Shown piece by piece: positions 60,814 through 64,000 of a DNA stretch of 64,000 nucleotides (position 1 is its first letter; each line of letters opens with the position of its first letter). A model generated the notes under the pieces. The model searched no databases and was not told where the DNA came from. It saw only the letters and a list, made by a program, of their open reading frames with translations. The DNA is from Candidatus Cloacimonadales bacterium (GTDB taxonomy: Bacteria > Cloacimonadota > Cloacimonadia > Cloacimonadales > JAFGVF01): the NCBI GenBank assembly GCA_963662585.1, contig OY759729.1, positions 2,976,001 to 3,040,000 of the forward strand. The letters run 5' to 3'. Position numbers and translations under genes: made by a program.

Positions 60814-61923
60814 TTGATAAATAAAATCAAAGGTCAAGATAAAGTTATTGCCTCTTTGATTCGCTCTATTAATAATGATAAAGTAGGGCAGAGTTACTTA
60901 TTTTACGGACCTACAGGGGTTGGTAAATTAACTACTGCCTTCTATTTTGTCATGGCAATCAATTGCACTAGTTTAGAAGAGGGAACTCCCTGTGGGAAGT
61001 GTAATTCTTGCAGGAAATTTATGAGTCTTTCTCATCCTGATTTAATCTATCTATTTCCAACCCCTAACCTGAAACTTTCAGAGGATGGTGAAATTAAAGA
61101 TTCTAAATATCAAAAAGAATACGAGTCTTATCTTCAACAAAAAATTGAGACTCCCTGGAATGATTTTGTCTTTTCAGCTTCTTCAGAAATTAGAATAGGT
61201 GCTATTAGGTGGGTTCAAAATAGATTGAGTCTTTCCAAGAATGAAGCAGAGAAAAGAATTTGTATTATTGAAGATGCCGATAGAATGAATATTAATACGG
61301 CTAATGCCTTTTTGAAGACTTTAGAAGAACCTCCTGAGGATACAGTAATCATTCTAACAAGCTCTAAACCCAACTTTCTTCTGCCGACTATACTCTCGAG
61401 ATGCCAAAGAGTTGCTTTTAATAATTTATCAAACTCTACAGTAGAAAATATTCTTCTTGATAATTTTAACTTAGATATTGTTAAAGCAAAAACATATTCC
61501 AGGATATCTTATGGTAATGCTGAGAAGGCAATTCAATTAATGTCTGAAGATACTGATAGTGGTAGAAATATTGCCCTAAAACTTATTACACTTGCCTTAG
61601 ATAAGAATGACCTTGACTTTTTAAAGTATCAAAATCAGCTTAAAGAAGTTAAACAAAAAAAGATCTTGCAAAGTATTCATGCCAATATAGTTCTTTTTTT
61701 AATGGATATTATCTATAGGAGAGAAAATTCAGAGCTAGTTATTAATGTTGACTCATTTGATCTTTTAGAAAAAATAGAGGATAAAAAATTAGTATCTTCT
61801 TTAGAGATATACCAACTTATTGATGAGTCTAGAGAGCTCCAAAGAATGATAGAATTAAATGTTAACAACAACCTAATTGTAACTTTTCTTTATAATAAGC
61901 TAAAAAAAATACTAAATAACTAA
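60814..61923 (+). CDS. holB: DNA polymerase III delta' subunit
   Basis: 'YLFYGPTGVGK', zinc motif 'PCGKCNSC', 'HPD', 'NAFLKTLEEPP', 'TILSRC'. Confidence 0.9.
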   Translation: MINKIKGQDKVIASLIRSINNDKVGQSYLFYGPTGVGKLTTAFYFVMAINCTSLEEGTPCGKCNSCRKFMSLSHPDLIYLFPTPNLKLSEDGEIKDSKYQKEYESYLQQKIETPWNDFVFSASSEIRIGAIRWVQNRLSLSKNEAEKRICIIEDADRMNINTANAFLKTLEEPPEDTVIILTSSKPNFLLPTILSRCQRVAFNNLSNSTVENILLDNFNLDIVKAKTYSRISYGNAEKAIQLMSEDTDSGRNIALKLITLALDKNDLDFLKYQNQLKEVKQKKILQSIHANIVLFLMDIIYRRENSELVINVDSFDLLEKIEDKKLVSSLEIYQLIDESRELQRMIELNVNNNLIVTFLYNKLKKILNN

Positions 61924-62063
61924 AAATATTTTCATAAAAATAGGATAAATACTATATATTAGTAAAGTAATGTCTAACAATAATATATGAAAACAGGAAA
62001 GCTTAAAAAATATCTTAAAAATAGCCTTAAGTTATTAAATATCAAAAAAATAGAAAAAAAAAT

Positions 62064-62092
62064 TTGACAGAATTTTACAAAGACTCTATTTT
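62064..62092 (+). promoter_or_regulatory. Sigma70-like promoter of the HU gene
   Basis: TTGACA-17 bp-TATTTT with an A-tract upstream. Confidence 0.55.
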
Positions 62093-62131
62093 TGTTATTG
62101 TATTCGTAAAAAATAACTCTCGGGAGGAAAA

Positions 62132-62404
62132 ATGACAAGAGACGAATTAATTGGAAAAATTGCTGAACAAATCAAATGTAGCAAAAAACAAGCTGCTGAA
62201 ATGGTTAATGCTTTCTTAGATCAAATTCTAGAAGCTTTAGCTGAAGGAAAGAAAGTATCTTTCGTAGGATTCGGAACTTTCGAAGTAAAACAGAGAGATG
62301 AAAGAAAAGGTATTAACCCACAAACTAAAAAAGCAATTACAATACCTGCACGCAAAGTTCCTGTGTTCAAAGCTGGAAAAAAATTAAAAGACGCAGTTAA
62401 GTAA
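62132..62404 (+). CDS. hup: DNA-binding protein HU
   Basis: 'GFGTF', 'GINPQT', 'PVFKAGKKLK'. Confidence 0.96.
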   Translation: MTRDELIGKIAEQIKCSKKQAAEMVNAFLDQILEALAEGKKVSFVGFGTFEVKQRDERKGINPQTKKAITIPARKVPVFKAGKKLKDAVK

Positions 62405-62428
62405 TTTAATATCTTTAACAAATTTAGT

Positions 62429-62461
62429 AAGAGAGTATCTTGTGGTACTCTCTTTTTTTTT
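62429..62461 (+). terminator. Terminator after hup
   Basis: AAGAGAGTA...TACTCTCTT followed by a T-tract. Confidence 0.8.
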
Positions 62462-62537
62462 CTTAAATTTATAGTTTTTATTGACATCAAATGTTATTCC
62501 TATATATATGTTAATAAATAAACTTATTGGATGGATT

Positions 62538-63455
62538 ATGAGTAATAAAATTAAATATATATTGATAGTATTGGTTCTTTTAGGATATTTCGTTAAACTT
62601 AATGCAAATAATTCTCATTTAATTACTAAAGTTGAGCATATGATTGAAACTGATGATACTTACTACATCACTAATTTTATAGAATCTAATAAGGAATACA
62701 GAAGTCTTGGTTCTTTTTATGAAGAGTTATTAGACTCCCTAGCTGTAAGAAATAATGATTTAGAGTATTATGTAATTTTCGCTAGAGCAGGTGCTAATTC
62801 CCTCTTAAGAAAAGCTGAGGAATTACAGTATAGTAATCGAAGTATGTCTGATAATCTGAAGAAAAGCTCAACAAGAATTTTGAATAAAGCAATTAAAGCT
62901 ATTTATAATGAATGGCTAGAAAAAGAAAATGAAGGTAGCTTCTTACTTAAGAATGCCTTAGATATGATGAAATTAAGTTTTAGGATTAACACCCAGTTAG
63001 AAAATGACTTAGTTGAACATTATTTTAGCTATATCAATTATGGAGAGATGTATCTAGCTCTAAATGATTTTAGCTCTGCCTTGGAGTATTTTAGAGTTGC
63101 AAAGGATCTATCTTCACAATTGGAAACTCAAGAGTATGCTGATATAGCAGATGTTTATGTTAATCTTGCCGAAAGTAATAGTAGCTTAGTTGCTGATGGT
63201 ACAATCTTTGACTATGCTAATTTTATTAATATTTATCAGAAATACTTGCAAAATTATGATGCCTATAGGAATTATGTCTTGAAAAAAGCTAATCCTGATA
63301 TTATCGATGAAGATTCTAATGATATTTCCACTAAGAAAATGGATGCTTTAAATATTTCTTTAAAAGAATCTCAACAATGGGCAATTAGATTAAAAAAGCT
63401 CAATGATAGAATCTTTGGTGATTATAATTTTGTTAAGGTTAATAGAAGGTTCTAG
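62538..63455 (+). CDS. Hypothetical exported helical/TPR-like protein
   Basis: Signal peptide from MSNKIK; TPR-like 'YINYGEMYLALNDFSSALEYF'; the track's TTG start coincides with a -35 TTGACA. Confidence 0.6.
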   Translation: MSNKIKYILIVLVLLGYFVKLNANNSHLITKVEHMIETDDTYYITNFIESNKEYRSLGSFYEELLDSLAVRNNDLEYYVIFARAGANSLLRKAEELQYSNRSMSDNLKKSSTRILNKAIKAIYNEWLEKENEGSFLLKNALDMMKLSFRINTQLENDLVEHYFSYINYGEMYLALNDFSSALEYFRVAKDLSSQLETQEYADIADVYVNLAESNSSLVADGTIFDYANFINIYQKYLQNYDAYRNYVLKKANPDIIDEDSNDISTKKMDALNISLKESQQWAIRLKKLNDRIFGDYNFVKVNRRF

Positions 63456-63457
63456 AT

Positions 63458-64000
63458 ATGATAGAATCTATAATTATCAAAAATAAAAAAGTTAAGCTTA
63501 TAGATCAGACTCTTCTTCCCCAAGAAGAGAAATATATAGACATTCCTGACTATAGAAGTATGATTGAAGCTATTAAGAAGCTTAGAATTAGAGGTGCACC
63601 CGCAATTGGTGTTGCTGGACTAGTAGCTTCAGCTTTAGCGTTAGAAGAGTATAAAGATGATCCTGATTTTAAAAGTAGATTTGAGCTAGCTCTTGATGAA
63701 ATTGAGCAAGCAAGACCAACAGCCGTTAATTTATCTTATGCTATAAGTATTGTCAGAAATTATATCAAGAATAGTGACTTTTGGGAATTTCCAGATTCTC
63801 TCTGGGAAAAGGCAGAAGAGTTGGCTAATAAGGAAAGAATAGCTTGTGACCTAATGGCAGAAAATGGGGTAAAAGAAATATACCATGGGCAGTCAGAAAT
63901 TAGAATCTTAACCCACTGTAATACAGGAAGTCTAGCTACTTACGGACAAGGAACAGCTTTAAGTGTAATCAAGGCTTTAGCAAAAAAGACAAAAGTTATT
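63458..64000 (+). CDS. mtnA: S-methyl-5-thioribose-1-phosphate isomerase (3'-partial; absent from the ORF track)
   Basis: Translated by hand: 'LIDQTLLP', 'IRGAPAIG', 'ARPTAVNL', 'LTHCNTGSLAT'. Confidence 0.92.
   Translation, partial: MIESIIIKNKKVKLIDQTLLPQEEKYIDIPDYRSMIEAIKKLRIRGAPAIGVAGLVASALALEEYKDDPDFKSRFELALDEIEQARPTAVNLSYAISIVRNYIKNSDFWEFPDSLWEKAEELANKERIACDLMAENGVKEIYHGQSEIRILTHCNTGSLATYGQGTALSVIKALAKKTKVI

Overview
AT-rich chromosomal window from an anaerobic diderm bacterium. The C-terminal 'NYPNPFNP' FlgD-Ig/secretion-type domain and the [FeFe]-hydrogenase content are consistent with Cloacimonadota or a related FCB lineage (inference). The housekeeping backbone is tig-clpP-clpX, gpmA, pduO-like, ridA, trxA, uvrC, an alr fusion, phoH2, radA, gltX, holB, HU and mtnA. 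There are two paralogous hydrogen-signalling loci: (i) an hfsABCD-like operon (ferredoxin, PAS-containing sensory [FeFe] hydrogenase, SpoIIE phosphatase, second ferredoxin, monomeric hydrogenase) interrupted by an IS4-like element with a 14-bp TSD; (ii) a ferredoxin / PAS-only protein / SpoIIE module ahead of a bifurcating hydCBA. Both loci share an ungapped 66-bp upstream element. Accessory content: a translationally coupled NYN-nuclease + NACHT-like NTPase operon (candidate undescribed anti-phage system) with a 240-bp MITE of the resident IS just upstream; a PLD-SNF2 helicase / KilA-N / Eco57I-like methyltransferase operon whose stop codon lies in a ~100-bp tandem palindromic array that also brackets a REP-associated tyrosine transposase; several dispersed REP/REPIN families; an unannotated 53-aa basic ORF resembling ArfA; and a 1848-aa Ser/Thr kinase-AAA-TPR-GAF-His kinase. 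All calls come from reading motifs by eye; no database searches were run.
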